DNA of 64,000 nt from a virus, in IMG/VR virus record IMGVR_UViG_3300034200_001443, positions 70,381-134,380 of that record. The stretch is one strand, 5' to 3'. The translations under genes were made by a program, and so were the position numbers. Within the stretch, counting starts at the first letter, position 1. Every line of letters begins with the position of its first letter. The notes under the pieces were generated by a model. It searched no databases and was not told where the DNA came from. It was given only the letters and a program-made list of their open reading frames with translations. Below are positions 34,064 through 44,058 of this stretch, piece after piece.

Positions 34064-34465
34064 ATGATTCAAAGACCAGACTGGGATGTTTATTATATGA
34101 ACATCGCTCTTGCAGTTTCCTTGCGTGGCGACTGTGTGCGAGCGCAACACGGAACAGTCATTGTTAAAAACAATAAGATTATTTCAACTGGATACAACGG
34201 AACTCCTGCAGGTGATGAGCGTTCTTGTGGTGCAACAGGGGAATGTCCTAGAGCTTTAGATCCAAACTCAGAACATTCAAAAGGAGATTACGATCTTTGC
34301 TGGGCAACTCACTCAGAAGCAAATGCAATAGTTCGTGCATCTTGGGAAGAGTTAAAAGGTTCAACACTTTATGTAACTGGCACACCTTGTCCCGGTTGCT
34401 CGAAGTTAATAGCATCTGCTGGAATCGAAAGACTAGTTACCTATGATAGGGACTCAGACATATGA
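34064..34465 (+). CDS. dCMP deaminase
   Basis: STGYNG, HSEANAI and PCPGC. Confidence 0.9.
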   Translation: MIQRPDWDVYYMNIALAVSLRGDCVRAQHGTVIVKNNKIISTGYNGTPAGDERSCGATGECPRALDPNSEHSKGDYDLCWATHSEANAIVRASWEELKGSTLYVTGTPCPGCSKLIASAGIERLVTYDRDSDI

Positions 34466-35250
34466 TAGTTGAAACTTATAAAGACATCTCCCCAGAGATT
34501 GTCAGCGCAATGAAACCTTTAATTAAAAAGTCTGACCACTACCATCAGGGCCACGCTCGTCGCATGGCAAGAACTCTCCAAGTAATTCTTGACCAAAAAC
34601 CTCAAGGTAATTTTTTAGAAGTAGGAACAACAACACTTATCCCCCTTGTTCTCAGCAAACTTGCACCAGAGCTAGATTTAACCGTTACTGATTTTAATCT
34701 AGATAAACCTAAACTTGGCGAAGATACTTTTACACTTCAAGATGAATCCATCAACCTTAAAGTTGGTCGTGTAAACATTGAAGATGAACCTCTTCCCTTC
34801 GACGATAATTCCTTCGACTTCATACTCCTCTCGGAAGTTATCGAGCACATGGAGGTCGACCCCATGTACATGCTTTTAGAGATCAATAGAGTTCTTAAAG
34901 TCGGAGGAACCCTTTTAGTTACAACACCCAACTGCGCCAGCACTTGGGCAATTCACAAAATTATTAATGGTATAGAGCCATACTTCTATATGCAGTATCG
35001 TCACGATAGATCACGATACAGGCATAACTATGAATACAGCATTCACTCTCTTACAGCCGTTCTTAAAGCTGCAGGGTTTGACGGTCACACTTGGACTGAA
35101 GATTCATTTGAAGAACCACATACAGCCATTGGACCTCGTCTCGAGCAGATAGGAATTAAACTTCAACATACTGGAGATAATATTTTTGCTCTTACAAAGA
35201 AAGTAAGTGGAGTTGTTGATAGATACCCAAAGGTGATTTATGCTGATTGA
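34462..35250 (+). CDS. Class I SAM-dependent methyltransferase
   Basis: LEVG...LPFDDNSFD...EVIEH...RVLKVGG.L..TTPN. Confidence 0.85.
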   Translation: MIVETYKDISPEIVSAMKPLIKKSDHYHQGHARRMARTLQVILDQKPQGNFLEVGTTTLIPLVLSKLAPELDLTVTDFNLDKPKLGEDTFTLQDESINLKVGRVNIEDEPLPFDDNSFDFILLSEVIEHMEVDPMYMLLEINRVLKVGGTLLVTTPNCASTWAIHKIINGIEPYFYMQYRHDRSRYRHNYEYSIHSLTAVLKAAGFDGHTWTEDSFEEPHTAIGPRLEQIGIKLQHTGDNIFALTKKVSGVVDRYPKVIYAD

Positions 35251-36175
35251 AGATGATAAGAGTGCTCCTACTATTCATCAATTAGGTGGAGAGATTAAAA
35301 ATGTTCGTCGCTTAGCTGATCCCAATGTTAAAGAATGGTCTGCTACAAACCTTTCCATTGGCTACCACAAAACAACTGGATACATAGGAATGCTTCGCTC
35401 TGGCAACTATATAATCACTCCTTCAGGCGGATACCAGCTTGTTACTGGTGACATAATTCGTAGCAAGATTTATATCTCAGAGCTTGACCCAAAAACTTAT
35501 AAACTCACGAATCTACGGATGCTTGATGTCGATAACATCTCAAAAGAAGGACCGTTGCGTAGAGGGCTAGAAGACCCAAAACTTTTCTATCGTGACGATG
35601 CTTGGCACTTTACCTGTGTCACTATGGAGAAGGGTCACACAGAAAAAGCTCGTATGGCTGTATGTCGTCTTAGTGATGACCTTAAATCAATTGTTGCATT
35701 TGAAAAATTTACTGGAGTTGACGTTAACAAACCAGAAAAAAACTGGATGGTCTCTCCTGACCCTAACGAGTTTTTTGATTGGATCTACGGTCCTACATCT
35801 ACTATTAAAAACAATAAGATGATTACTTACATGAGTGACAATCAACAAATTGCCAGTCTTAGAGGTAGTAGTAATCTTCATCCATTTGAAGATGGGACTT
35901 ATATAGCAGTTGTTCACAGACTCTTTACAAGAATTATTATCAACAACACTCATAGATTCTATGTCCACTACTTTGCAAAATATGATAAAAGAGGAAAGAT
36001 CATTGCTCTTTCACGAGGCTTTATCTTTGAAAATCGTGGCACAGAGTTTGCAGCAGGACTAACAACTCAAGGAGATAACTTCCTTATTAGTTATGGAAGT
36101 AAAGATGTCTCATCTCATATTGCAATACTGCCTCAAGAGTTAGTTCTTAAATCACTACTACCGATTAAGGACTAA
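35240..36175 (+). CDS. Beta-propeller glycosidase-like protein (GH130/GH43 clan-like)
   Basis: GLEDPKLF, PEKNW, LRGSS and EFAAGL...ISYG. Confidence 0.6.
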   Translation: MLIEDDKSAPTIHQLGGEIKNVRRLADPNVKEWSATNLSIGYHKTTGYIGMLRSGNYIITPSGGYQLVTGDIIRSKIYISELDPKTYKLTNLRMLDVDNISKEGPLRRGLEDPKLFYRDDAWHFTCVTMEKGHTEKARMAVCRLSDDLKSIVAFEKFTGVDVNKPEKNWMVSPDPNEFFDWIYGPTSTIKNNKMITYMSDNQQIASLRGSSNLHPFEDGTYIAVVHRLFTRIIINNTHRFYVHYFAKYDKRGKIIALSRGFIFENRGTEFAAGLTTQGDNFLISYGSKDVSSHIAILPQELVLKSLLPIKD

Positions 36176-36184
36176 AATACATAT

Positions 36185-36424
36185 ATGAGCGAAGCAGTCG
36201 GAGGTCTGGACCTCGACACAAAACCAGAGCTGGATCATGGAGACGGAGACCATGACCGCTTTGCTCACTATGTTACAAAAGAAGATGCTATGAAAGCATA
36301 TGTAGAAGGAGCACAAGTTACTGCCCTCTGTGGGAAGAAGTGGATTCCATCTAGAGACCCAGAGAAATTCCCAACTTGTCCAACTTGTAAGGAGCTATAT
36401 GGACTCTTCTTCGGCGACAATTGA
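36185..36424 (+). CDS. DUF3039 protein
   Basis: GDHDRFAHYV...ALCGKKW.PSRDPEKFP.CP.CKE. Confidence 0.85.
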   Translation: MSEAVGGLDLDTKPELDHGDGDHDRFAHYVTKEDAMKAYVEGAQVTALCGKKWIPSRDPEKFPTCPTCKELYGLFFGDN

Positions 36425-36605
36425 ACCAGCTAAAGCAATAGGTCCAACAGACCGCTGCGATAGCTGTAACGCTAAAGCGTTTTACATGGTCAGATTTGAA
36501 ACAGGTGATCTATTTTTCTGCCGTCATCACTTTGTAAAGTTTGAAGATGCTCTTATGGAAAAAGCATATGACATCTACGATGATTCAGATTTTATAGACG
36601 AGTAG
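36399..36605 (+). CDS. Actinobacterial small zinc-binding protein (DUF7455-like)
   Basis: DRCDSC.A.A...L.FC.HH; AAGGAG RBS. Confidence 0.7.
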   Translation: MDSSSATIEPAKAIGPTDRCDSCNAKAFYMVRFETGDLFFCRHHFVKFEDALMEKAYDIYDDSDFIDE

Positions 36606-36920
36606 TTATTCTTCTGTAGGTTCTACAGATGCTACAACTTCTACAGCTTCTACTACTGGCACTGTCTCAATAAAACCTAAACTATCGATAGGTTGTCTTA
36701 CATCTATTGCATCCACTATTGGAGGAACAGCAAATTTTCTAAAAGTTACATCTATAACAGTGTCATCTTCTGCAGGTTCTTCTACAATAAAAAACTCACT
36801 GTCTTTCCAAATAACTTTTACATCTTTAGGGATACAAATAGAGCAAGCTTCGACATGGTTTATAAGAAGATTTAAGCTTTCAGGCTTATGCTTCCATCCA
36901 CAATCTAATAAACATTCCAT
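36606..36920 (-). CDS. Hypothetical protein
   Basis: Coupled to speD; N-terminal Cys/His. Confidence 0.5.
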   Translation of the reverse strand: MECLLDCGWKHKPESLNLLINHVEACSICIPKDVKVIWKDSEFFIVEEPAEDDTVIDVTFRKFAVPPIVDAIDVRQPIDSLGFIETVPVVEAVEVVASVEPTEE

Positions 36921-37300
36921 TAAATTTCCTCCTCGACTACTATTTTAAACCCTTCGCTACGCTCTAATACCTTGTATCTATAGGAAACAAGCCCAAAAGT
37001 GGTAACTAAACTGTCTATAACTTTCCTAATTGGAAGGGTTGAACAGGTATAAAGATCAAATTGAATAAATCCTGGATCTGTTTCATCCCATACATGCATA
37101 GCAATATGAGATGTCTCAATCATTACTACTGCCGTTAATCCACGGTTTCCTTCTTTAGTTACATATGAAGCATAAGGTCCTTGAATAATCTTCATATCAA
37201 TATCTTCAACAAGCTTACGCATCCACTCGATTGTCTCTGCTTCATCTTTAGGAGGCTTAGTGGCAGCTCCATTGAGAAGCAAATGGTTATGTAGGGCCAT
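36920..37300 (-). CDS. speD: S-adenosylmethionine decarboxylase proenzyme-like (SpeD/SpeH fold)
   Basis: G.TAVVMIETSHIAMH.W...FDLYTC pyruvoyl self-cleavage motif. Confidence 0.8.
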   Translation of the reverse strand: MALHNHLLLNGAATKPPKDEAETIEWMRKLVEDIDMKIIQGPYASYVTKEGNRGLTAVVMIETSHIAMHVWDETDPGFIQFDLYTCSTLPIRKVIDSLVTTFGLVSYRYKVLERSEGFKIVVEEEI

Positions 37301-37410
37301 ATCTCTCCTTCGGTTTATCTCATTCTATAGGATAAGAATGAAAATAATACAGCCAAAACGCCTAGGCAATTTGCCTGGACTTTTGAGGGATCTTGACATA
37401 CTATTAGGGT

Positions 37411-38484
37411 ATGACAGAATATAAGCCACTCGAGAGGGCAAGGAAGCCTCTAGAGTCAGTAGTTCAAATGGACGATTTGCTGTGGGATGTAATACGTCCA
37501 TTTGATTATCAAACAGATGGCACAGAGAAGTTCTACCCTTTTGAAGTCCCAGAAGATTTACCTAAAGATTATTCAATAGGGGTTATTGTCGGAGCTTCAG
37601 GTACAGGAAAATCCACTCTTCTTAAAAAGTTTGGAAAAGCAACTCCCATTGTTTGGGAAACTAAAAAGGCTATTGCATCTCACTTTGATTCCCCAGAAGA
37701 TGCAGTAGAGCGTCTATCAGCAGCAGGACTGATGAGTGTTCCTGAATGGGCTAAACCTTTTACAGCTTTATCTAATGGACAACAATTTAGAGCAGGGCTT
37801 GCTCGTTCTCTTCACGATGGAGCAGTCCTTGATGAATTCACATCTGTTGTTGATAGAAATGTTGCTAAGGCAGCTTCTACTGCAATGGCTAGGTATGTAA
37901 GACGAAATGGTATTAAGCAAATAACAATTGCCACTTGCCACAGAGATGTTCTAGAGTTCCTCGAACCTGATTGGGTAATTGATACTGATCGTGGTGAGTG
38001 GACCTCGGGAAGGTATCTTCAACGACCTCAACTGGTACTCGACATATATCCTTGCTCAAACTCCATTTGGAAGCACTTCGCTAAGCACCACTATCTCTCC
38101 GAGTCTCTCAACAAAGCCTCACACAACTACTTGGCTATCTGGGAAGGAAAAGTAGTTGGCTTCTCATCCGTTATGTCATATCCGTCAGGCACGGTTAAGG
38201 CAGCGTTTAGAGAGCATAGACTTGTAGTACACCCTGACTATCAAGGATTTGGTTTTGGACCACGCATTTCAGAAGCAGTGGCTCGACACTACACAGAGAA
38301 TGGGAAGCGTTTCTTTTCTAAGACTTCACACCCTAGACTAGGAGAATACAGAGACAACTCTCCGAAGTGGAAACCTACTTCGAAGAACCATATGAGGAGG
38401 ACAGATGGGCAAAAAACAAAAACACGTTGGGAGCTCAACAACGAAAGGTGGAGTTATTCCCACGAATTTATCGGCGATGTCTAA
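37411..38484 (+). CDS. ABC-type ATPase fused to a GNAT acetyltransferase
   Basis: GASGTGKS, LSNGQ and LDEFTS; C-terminal HHYL and RLVVHPDYQGFG. Confidence 0.85.
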   Translation: MTEYKPLERARKPLESVVQMDDLLWDVIRPFDYQTDGTEKFYPFEVPEDLPKDYSIGVIVGASGTGKSTLLKKFGKATPIVWETKKAIASHFDSPEDAVERLSAAGLMSVPEWAKPFTALSNGQQFRAGLARSLHDGAVLDEFTSVVDRNVAKAASTAMARYVRRNGIKQITIATCHRDVLEFLEPDWVIDTDRGEWTSGRYLQRPQLVLDIYPCSNSIWKHFAKHHYLSESLNKASHNYLAIWEGKVVGFSSVMSYPSGTVKAAFREHRLVVHPDYQGFGFGPRISEAVARHYTENGKRFFSKTSHPRLGEYRDNSPKWKPTSKNHMRRTDGQKTKTRWELNNERWSYSHEFIGDV

Positions 38485-38818
38485 ACATGCAATCGTTGAA
38501 TTAAGTCTTATTAAGGAAGAGCCAAAGATAATGCTTTGGTATGTATCTGTTCTTGAAGCTTACAATATTATGCAATTAACTGAAGAAGCTTCCGATCATT
38601 GCTTAGAGACCCTTACTCGCTTAATCCGTTATGAAAACCTAGCTCCTCTAACAGATGAACCTATGGAGTGGGTAAAGGTTGGAGATGACATTTGGCAAAG
38701 CATTCGTAACTACGATGCTTACTCAACTAATGGTGGAAAGACATTTAAACTACACTCTGAGAATAACGATGTAGAACACGCTACTATGAAAATGGAGAAG
38801 GAAGATGCTGGGTCCTAA
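38477..38818 (+). CDS. Conserved phage hypothetical protein
   Basis: LAPLTD...W...WQS.R...S..GGKT. Confidence 0.65.
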   Translation: MSKHAIVELSLIKEEPKIMLWYVSVLEAYNIMQLTEEASDHCLETLTRLIRYENLAPLTDEPMEWVKVGDDIWQSIRNYDAYSTNGGKTFKLHSENNDVEHATMKMEKEDAGS

Positions 38819-39089
38819 ATTTGCTAAAGTTATGTTAGAACGATACAGAAAGGAAAACCCAGTGGGAATAGCAGATAGTACTTTTAGAGGGGCAGCTACT
38901 AGAGCTTTAGAAACCAAATTTGGTTGGGGACACGAAGCATGGGTAGAAGAACTTGCATTAGAGATAGAAAAGATGCACTTTGACCCAACATGGAGTTCAG
39001 AACAAATACTCCGTTATGTGTCTAATTATGTAAAATCATGTGGCCATCAAAACCCATCTACAGTTAATCACCAAAGAAAAGACCTGTAA
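38805..39089 (+). CDS. Hypothetical protein
   Basis: Overlapping operon. Confidence 0.55.
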   Translation: MLGPKFAKVMLERYRKENPVGIADSTFRGAATRALETKFGWGHEAWVEELALEIEKMHFDPTWSSEQILRYVSNYVKSCGHQNPSTVNHQRKDL

Positions 39090-39101
39090 AATTGATTTAT
39101 T

Positions 39102-40334
39102 ATGGCAAACACTAACGCTCAAGGCAAGATCCCTAACGTAGCTCAGCACGGTTTTGCCAGTTTTCGGACGGATCTTTTTGGAAGAATTAAAACATCTGAA
39201 CCTTATACTTTATTCGACTCTTCACATAGATATAAAGAGTCTGGAGACTTTAGTAAAGAAACTTCTGGCACAGCAACAGTTTCTCATCTTACAAATGAAA
39301 GTTCTCTAGCTCTAGCAATAGGTAGTAATTCAGGTGACAAGATAACTCTTGAGTCTTTTAGAACTTTTCCATATCAACCAGGCAAGTCTTTGCAGGTTAT
39401 GCAGACTTTTGTTATGGCTCCAGCTAAGGTAAATTTAAGACAAAGAGCTGGTTATTTTTCTAGACAAAACGGAATTTATTTAGAGCAGGATGGTACAAGC
39501 GTTTATTTAGTTAAGCGCAGCTATATTAGTGGCGAAGTAGTCAATACAAGAATTGCACAAAGTGATTGGAATATTGACCAACTTAACGGAAATGGACCTT
39601 CAGATATAGTTTTAGATCTATCCAAAGCTCAAATTTTTTGGACAGAGTATGAATGGCTTGGCGTAGGTTCAGTACGCTGCGGCTTTGCTATAGATGGTTA
39701 TTTTATTCCAGTTCATGCTTTTCACCATGCAAACAAAATCACATCTGTCTATATAACAACAGCTTCTTTACCTTTACGGTATGAAATTGAAAACACTGGA
39801 GCAACTTCAAGCTCTTCTACAATGAAGCAAATATGTGCCACCGTTATTTCTAATGGAGGGTATACTAGAAAAACAGAACATTGGACTGCATCTAGATCTA
39901 CACAAGTTGGTGTTGCTGGAGACTTTTACCCAATAGTTTCTATTCGCTTAGCTTCTGCTAGAACGGACTCAGTAATAGTTCCTAATGCTATATCTATACT
40001 TGGAAGATCTGCTGGAGATTATGAATACGCTCTTATAAAAAATGCAACCTTAACTGGTGGTACATGGGTGCCTCACACAGAATCTACAGGTAATGTTGAA
40101 TATAATATTACTCAAACCGTTTTAACGGGTGGAACAATAGTTGAACAAGGATTTTTTAGTTCTTCCAATCAATCAATTACATCAGTATCTTTAGGAGATA
40201 TTTTCCGCTGGGATCTTCAACTAGGTAGAACTAATGCAACAACTCCAGTTAGCGACACAATTACCTTAGCTGTGCGCTCTCTTGGTGGAACTCAAAATGT
40301 TGTTGGTTCTATTGCTTGGTTAGATATCGTTTAG
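39102..40334 (+). CDS. Beta-rich protein, probably virion-associated
   Basis: D.FGR.....P.TLFD, YQPGK and EWLGVG.VR.GF motifs familiar from phage structural-type proteins. Confidence 0.55.
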   Translation: MANTNAQGKIPNVAQHGFASFRTDLFGRIKTSEPYTLFDSSHRYKESGDFSKETSGTATVSHLTNESSLALAIGSNSGDKITLESFRTFPYQPGKSLQVMQTFVMAPAKVNLRQRAGYFSRQNGIYLEQDGTSVYLVKRSYISGEVVNTRIAQSDWNIDQLNGNGPSDIVLDLSKAQIFWTEYEWLGVGSVRCGFAIDGYFIPVHAFHHANKITSVYITTASLPLRYEIENTGATSSSSTMKQICATVISNGGYTRKTEHWTASRSTQVGVAGDFYPIVSIRLASARTDSVIVPNAISILGRSAGDYEYALIKNATLTGGTWVPHTESTGNVEYNITQTVLTGGTIVEQGFFSSSNQSITSVSLGDIFRWDLQLGRTNATTPVSDTITLAVRSLGGTQNVVGSIAWLDIV

Positions 40335-40968
40335 TTTCCCAAATATCTAAATCTTTAGGATAATCAAAGTCTTCTGTCCAATCATCTATCTCTACAAATC
40401 TACTTGAGTCATATGCTTCTCCCCTATTCTTTTCTGGAGATCCAACAGTTAGATATCTAAAAAGAGACCATCCCCCAGCACTTTTAATTTCAGGTTCGTA
40501 ATTTAATAAATACTTAATAGCAAGCTTTGCTTCATTATAGAAACAACTGTTAAAAGAAAAAGCAAATATCTCTTTACAGTCTTTTCCAGTTATTTTGGAA
40601 GGTTTAGTTCTACAAAAGCACATCCAACTTTCCACCCCTTGAGATATAAGATCTACAGCTTCGTCAGTAAAGTAAACGTCTCCAAATACAACAACCGTCT
40701 GCTCATCTCCCCAAAGATCTAAAGAAGACGCAAATTTATCCATTTCACACCAGCTACCCTTTTCCTTTACAGGAATAACTAGCGTAGCTCCTTCTACTGA
40801 ATATCTTTCATCGTTTCCAACAATCACAACATCTTTTGTATATTTTAAAAACTGATTAGTAGTTCTATTTAAAAGAACTTGGTTTTCTATAGTTACAAGG
40901 TGTTTAGGGATGTCCCTATAGTTATTCCACCTAACTCCATCACCTGCAGCTAGGATCAGAACTTTCAT
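40309..40968 (-). CDS. Nucleotidyltransferase (LicC/MobA-like GT-A fold)
   Basis: ILAAG.G.RW...PK.L, FGDVYF and DFDYP.D. Confidence 0.75.
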   Translation of the reverse strand: MKVLILAAGDGVRWNNYRDIPKHLVTIENQVLLNRTTNQFLKYTKDVVIVGNDERYSVEGATLVIPVKEKGSWCEMDKFASSLDLWGDEQTVVVFGDVYFTDEAVDLISQGVESWMCFCRTKPSKITGKDCKEIFAFSFNSCFYNEAKLAIKYLLNYEPEIKSAGGWSLFRYLTVGSPEKNRGEAYDSSRFVEIDDWTEDFDYPKDLDIWETKRYLTKQ

Positions 40969-41243
40969 TAAAAATCTTCTCTAGGCTCAGTTCTTACGCT
41001 AAATCTTGGCTGCAACTGCTCGTTGTATGTCACATCTAATAAACCAAGTTCGTAAAGCTCTAACAATCCTTTATCTATATCTGCCATCCACATATCGTAA
41101 AACGGACGACAAACTTCTTTCATTATCTCTGCATCCATAAAATAAAGTTCATCCCCGTTATCATCTACCCCACCAACATACAAAGCTCCCCAATCAATAA
41201 GCATTGCTACAAAAGCTTCTTCCTCAGGAGTTCTGTCCGTCAT
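40968..41243 (-). CDS. Hypothetical protein
   Basis: Start MTDRT after GAGG; GVDDNG...LYELGLLDV. Confidence 0.6.
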   Translation of the reverse strand: MTDRTPEEEAFVAMLIDWGALYVGGVDDNGDELYFMDAEIMKEVCRPFYDMWMADIDKGLLELYELGLLDVTYNEQLQPRFSVRTEPREDF

Positions 41244-41493
41244 CCTCTTCCTCATCCTCACTGTGGAGTTCTTTAAAGAAAGTTTCATCAAAGAAAAGAT
41301 TAACTCCACCTTCCCCATGGGACTCTTCAATAAGAAAAGCAACTAACTGCAAAGCTTGTCTTTCCTCAAAACCAGCCTTAAGCAGAGCCCTGAACATCTC
41401 GTGCATTTGAGCAGCGTCTTGCTCTAAAGGAGTAGGACTATCAAACTCTAAATGATCTAAGTTATTTTCTTCAGGCACTTCGTTCTCATCCAT
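41224..41493 (-). CDS. Acidic hypothetical protein
   Basis: MHEMFRALLKAGF...AL.L pattern. Confidence 0.65.
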   Translation of the reverse strand: MDENEVPEENNLDHLEFDSPTPLEQDAAQMHEMFRALLKAGFEERQALQLVAFLIEESHGEGGVNLFFDETFFKELHSEDEEEDDGQNS

Positions 41494-41540
41494 ATAGTAA
41501 ATCTACTATAAGTTATATATGTTGTATTTTTAAGCAGAAC

Positions 41541-41616
41541 CACACACCACACACACAACCCCCTTCCCCTCTCCTCTCCTCCCTCTCACTCTCTATTGGA
41601 AAGAGCGCCGGGAAAA
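41541..41616 (+). repeat. CA-repeat / pyrimidine tract / GGAAAGRGCGCCSGGAAAA element, copy 1
   Basis: Other copies at 44588, 46655 and 46781. Confidence 0.8.
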
Positions 41617-41650
41617 TTGACCTTTTGACCAGTAAAGGTACAATTCAGAT

Positions 41651-41902
41651 ATGAGTTATTCACGAATGCTTGAAAACGACATCTATGTCTTCGCAACTAA
41701 TATTGCAGGTGCTCCTGCGATCTATTGCTGCATGTGCCCCCTAGAAGAGGGGATGGAGCAAACTGGCTTTGTAGCTCGTCGTACCCAAGACATGTTGGAG
41801 CACTTGGAGGAGCATCGCAAGGTAGGGCACAGAATGCCTTCAACTATAGATGAAGAGCTCCTTGCAGATGATGCAGAGAACTTTCCTGTACGACCCATCT
41901 AA
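41651..41902 (+). CDS. Hypothetical protein, probably from a leaderless mRNA
   Basis: TTGACC-16-TACAAT ends 6 nt before the ATG; CCMC...H...H. Confidence 0.65.
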   Translation: MSYSRMLENDIYVFATNIAGAPAIYCCMCPLEEGMEQTGFVARRTQDMLEHLEEHRKVGHRMPSTIDEELLADDAENFPVRPI

Positions 41903-42016
41903 GTAAAAGAAGGTTATGTTTTCTCTTAAACTTAGGTAGAAGAGGGCGCATATACCTTAGGAGTTATAGTTACCCCCGGTTTGCGCTCTCTTCCTTAAAG
42001 AGAAAAGAGCACAGGT

Positions 42017-42250
42017 ATGAAGAAGCTTGCAGTCTTCTTAGGTTCTACAGTTTTAGCCTTAGGGCTGAGCTCATGTGGGTATGACGGTCATTATCGCTAC
42101 CCATGTCAAGATCCTACTAATTGGGAAACAGCAGAATGTAAGCCTCCTGTCTGCACTACAGCTGGCACTTGTCCAGTAGACTTAGTCGGCGAAGAAGTCT
42201 TTAACGGCGAGACGACAACAACAGATAGTGGAGCGACACCAAATGGCTAG
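42017..42250 (+). CDS. Lipoprotein
   Basis: Lipobox LSSC; RYPCQDP...C.PP.C...C. Confidence 0.75.
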   Translation: MKKLAVFLGSTVLALGLSSCGYDGHYRYPCQDPTNWETAECKPPVCTTAGTCPVDLVGEEVFNGETTTTDSGATPNG

Positions 42251-42653
42251 ATATAGATATTCTCAAGCAGAGCTTGACTCTCGCTTAAAATTTACCCTTG
42301 GAATTATCCTTGGAGTTATTTTGCTGTGCACAGCAATTGGAATTCTTTACGGATTACTTTTTGTAACACAGCCAGTAAATGCTCAGTCAGAAAATGACAA
42401 GATGTTCTTCAACGTCTTAGGTTCTATTGCAACATTTATTACAGGAACCCTTGCAGGTATTTTGATTGGTAACTCTGGCGCTAAAGATATTATGTCAGCG
42501 CAATTAGCAAACAAAGAAATGGATGCTAAGAATACTCAAGCAGATAAGAAGCTTGAAGCAGAGATTGATGCAACAGCAGCACGCTTGGCAGCAAAGCCAG
42601 ATGGTGCAATGCCAGAAGAACAACCAGTTGATTTAGATTGGGACAAAGACTAA
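42243..42653 (+). CDS. Two-TM membrane protein (lysis cassette)
   Basis: Two hydrophobic helices; lies next to the endolysin. Confidence 0.7.
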   Translation: MARYRYSQAELDSRLKFTLGIILGVILLCTAIGILYGLLFVTQPVNAQSENDKMFFNVLGSIATFITGTLAGILIGNSGAKDIMSAQLANKEMDAKNTQADKKLEAEIDATAARLAAKPDGAMPEEQPVDLDWDKD

Positions 42654-43180
42654 TGGCTAAAAAGAATGGCGACTTAATTGTCTATCATCGCTCAGACTGC
42701 GGTTCTGGTTATGTACGAATGTACGGCGGCGGCGGTGATATGGATGGCTCAGCATGTGGAACATGGGGGTTAGAAGATTGGCAAATAGACATCATTCATA
42801 AATATGACTGGAACTTTAAATCGGAAGACTTGAACCAATTAAAGATATATCGTGACGGTGATATTTTTGGTAATGGAAAATTATCTCCAGAGGCATTTCA
42901 GTTAGCAGTAAATTGGGTAGCAGGATGTCACACAGACATGTATGGAAACTTACTCAATGATGATGGAAGTAGACAGGATGGACAAAATCCTCAAGATGCT
43001 CAAGGTTTTTATTTAGCATTCACTGTGAATGGGCGTTGTCCAGATGCCACGAGAAGAGATTGCCCAGAAAATCATACCCGTTGGGAAAGTTTGTCGAAAT
43101 CAATGGGAGGGGACATGAGCGCTTTTGGCGGTGGACCTGAGACATGGAAAGCAATTCCGTACAATAGAGGAGATGAGTAA
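42653..43180 (+). CDS. Hypothetical protein within the lysis cassette
   Basis: TAATG coupling. Confidence 0.6.
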   Translation: MAKKNGDLIVYHRSDCGSGYVRMYGGGGDMDGSACGTWGLEDWQIDIIHKYDWNFKSEDLNQLKIYRDGDIFGNGKLSPEAFQLAVNWVAGCHTDMYGNLLNDDGSRQDGQNPQDAQGFYLAFTVNGRCPDATRRDCPENHTRWESLSKSMGGDMSAFGGGPETWKAIPYNRGDE

Positions 43181-43183
43181 ATA

Positions 43184-43759
43184 ATGGCAGATCAAGGAAC
43201 AGCAGCCCGTCTCATTGAAGTTGCTACAGCAGAAATTGGCGTTATTGAAGGACCTAAAGATAACGAAACAAAGTACGGTGCTTACACAAAGGCTAACTTT
43301 CAACCATGGTGCGGAAGTTTCGTTAACTGGTGTGGAAACGAAGCCGGGGTAAAAATCCCTAACACTGTTTACACTCCAAGTGGCGCAGCAGCTTTTAAGA
43401 AGAAGGGCGCATGGATTGATGGAGACATCGCAGATCCAGAGCCAGGTGATATCGCCTATTTTGATTTCCCGGCAGATGGTGTCGATAGAATTTCTCACGT
43501 TGGAATTGTTGTCAAAGACAATGAAGATGGAACTGTTTGGTGTATCGAAGGAAACACTACTTCAAAGAAAAAAGGAAGCCAAAGAAATGGCGGAGAAGTG
43601 TGCAAACAACTTCGTGCTTTCAAGAAGAACAAGGCTGGAGTAATGATTTCAATTGTAGGTTTTGGTCGTCCAAAGTTTAAAGGCGCAGGTGCTGCACCTT
43701 CTACAGAACAGAAGACTGCTAAAGCCAAACCAGAAGTTTGCCCTACTTGCGGTAAATGA
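43184..43759 (+). CDS. CHAP-domain endolysin
   Basis: PWCGSFV, HVGIV and IEGNT. Confidence 0.85.
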   Translation: MADQGTAARLIEVATAEIGVIEGPKDNETKYGAYTKANFQPWCGSFVNWCGNEAGVKIPNTVYTPSGAAAFKKKGAWIDGDIADPEPGDIAYFDFPADGVDRISHVGIVVKDNEDGTVWCIEGNTTSKKKGSQRNGGEVCKQLRAFKKNKAGVMISIVGFGRPKFKGAGAAPSTEQKTAKAKPEVCPTCGK

Positions 43760-44058
43760 TTAAAGACAGCAGTTCAGCCCAGTTTGCTGACGATGTTTTA
43801 CTTGTAAAAGGTAGAGTCGTCGTTGACTTCTGGGCTGACTGGTGTGGGCCTTGTAAGGCTCTTGCACCTATTCTTGAAGAAATCTCAAATCAAGTAGACG
43901 TTGTTAAGATTAATTCAGATGACAACTCAGGGTTAGCAGCAGAACTAAGTATCAGAGCTATCCCTACAATTATTGTGTTTGAGGATGGAAAAGAAGTAAA
44001 AAGAATTACAGGAGCTAGACCTAAAGCAGTTCTTATTAAAGAGCTTGAGTTAGACTGA
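43756..44058 (+). CDS. trxA: Thioredoxin
   Basis: DFWADWCGPCK and IPT. Confidence 0.92.
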   Translation: MIKDSSSAQFADDVLLVKGRVVVDFWADWCGPCKALAPILEEISNQVDVVKINSDDNSGLAAELSIRAIPTIIVFEDGKEVKRITGARPKAVLIKELELD

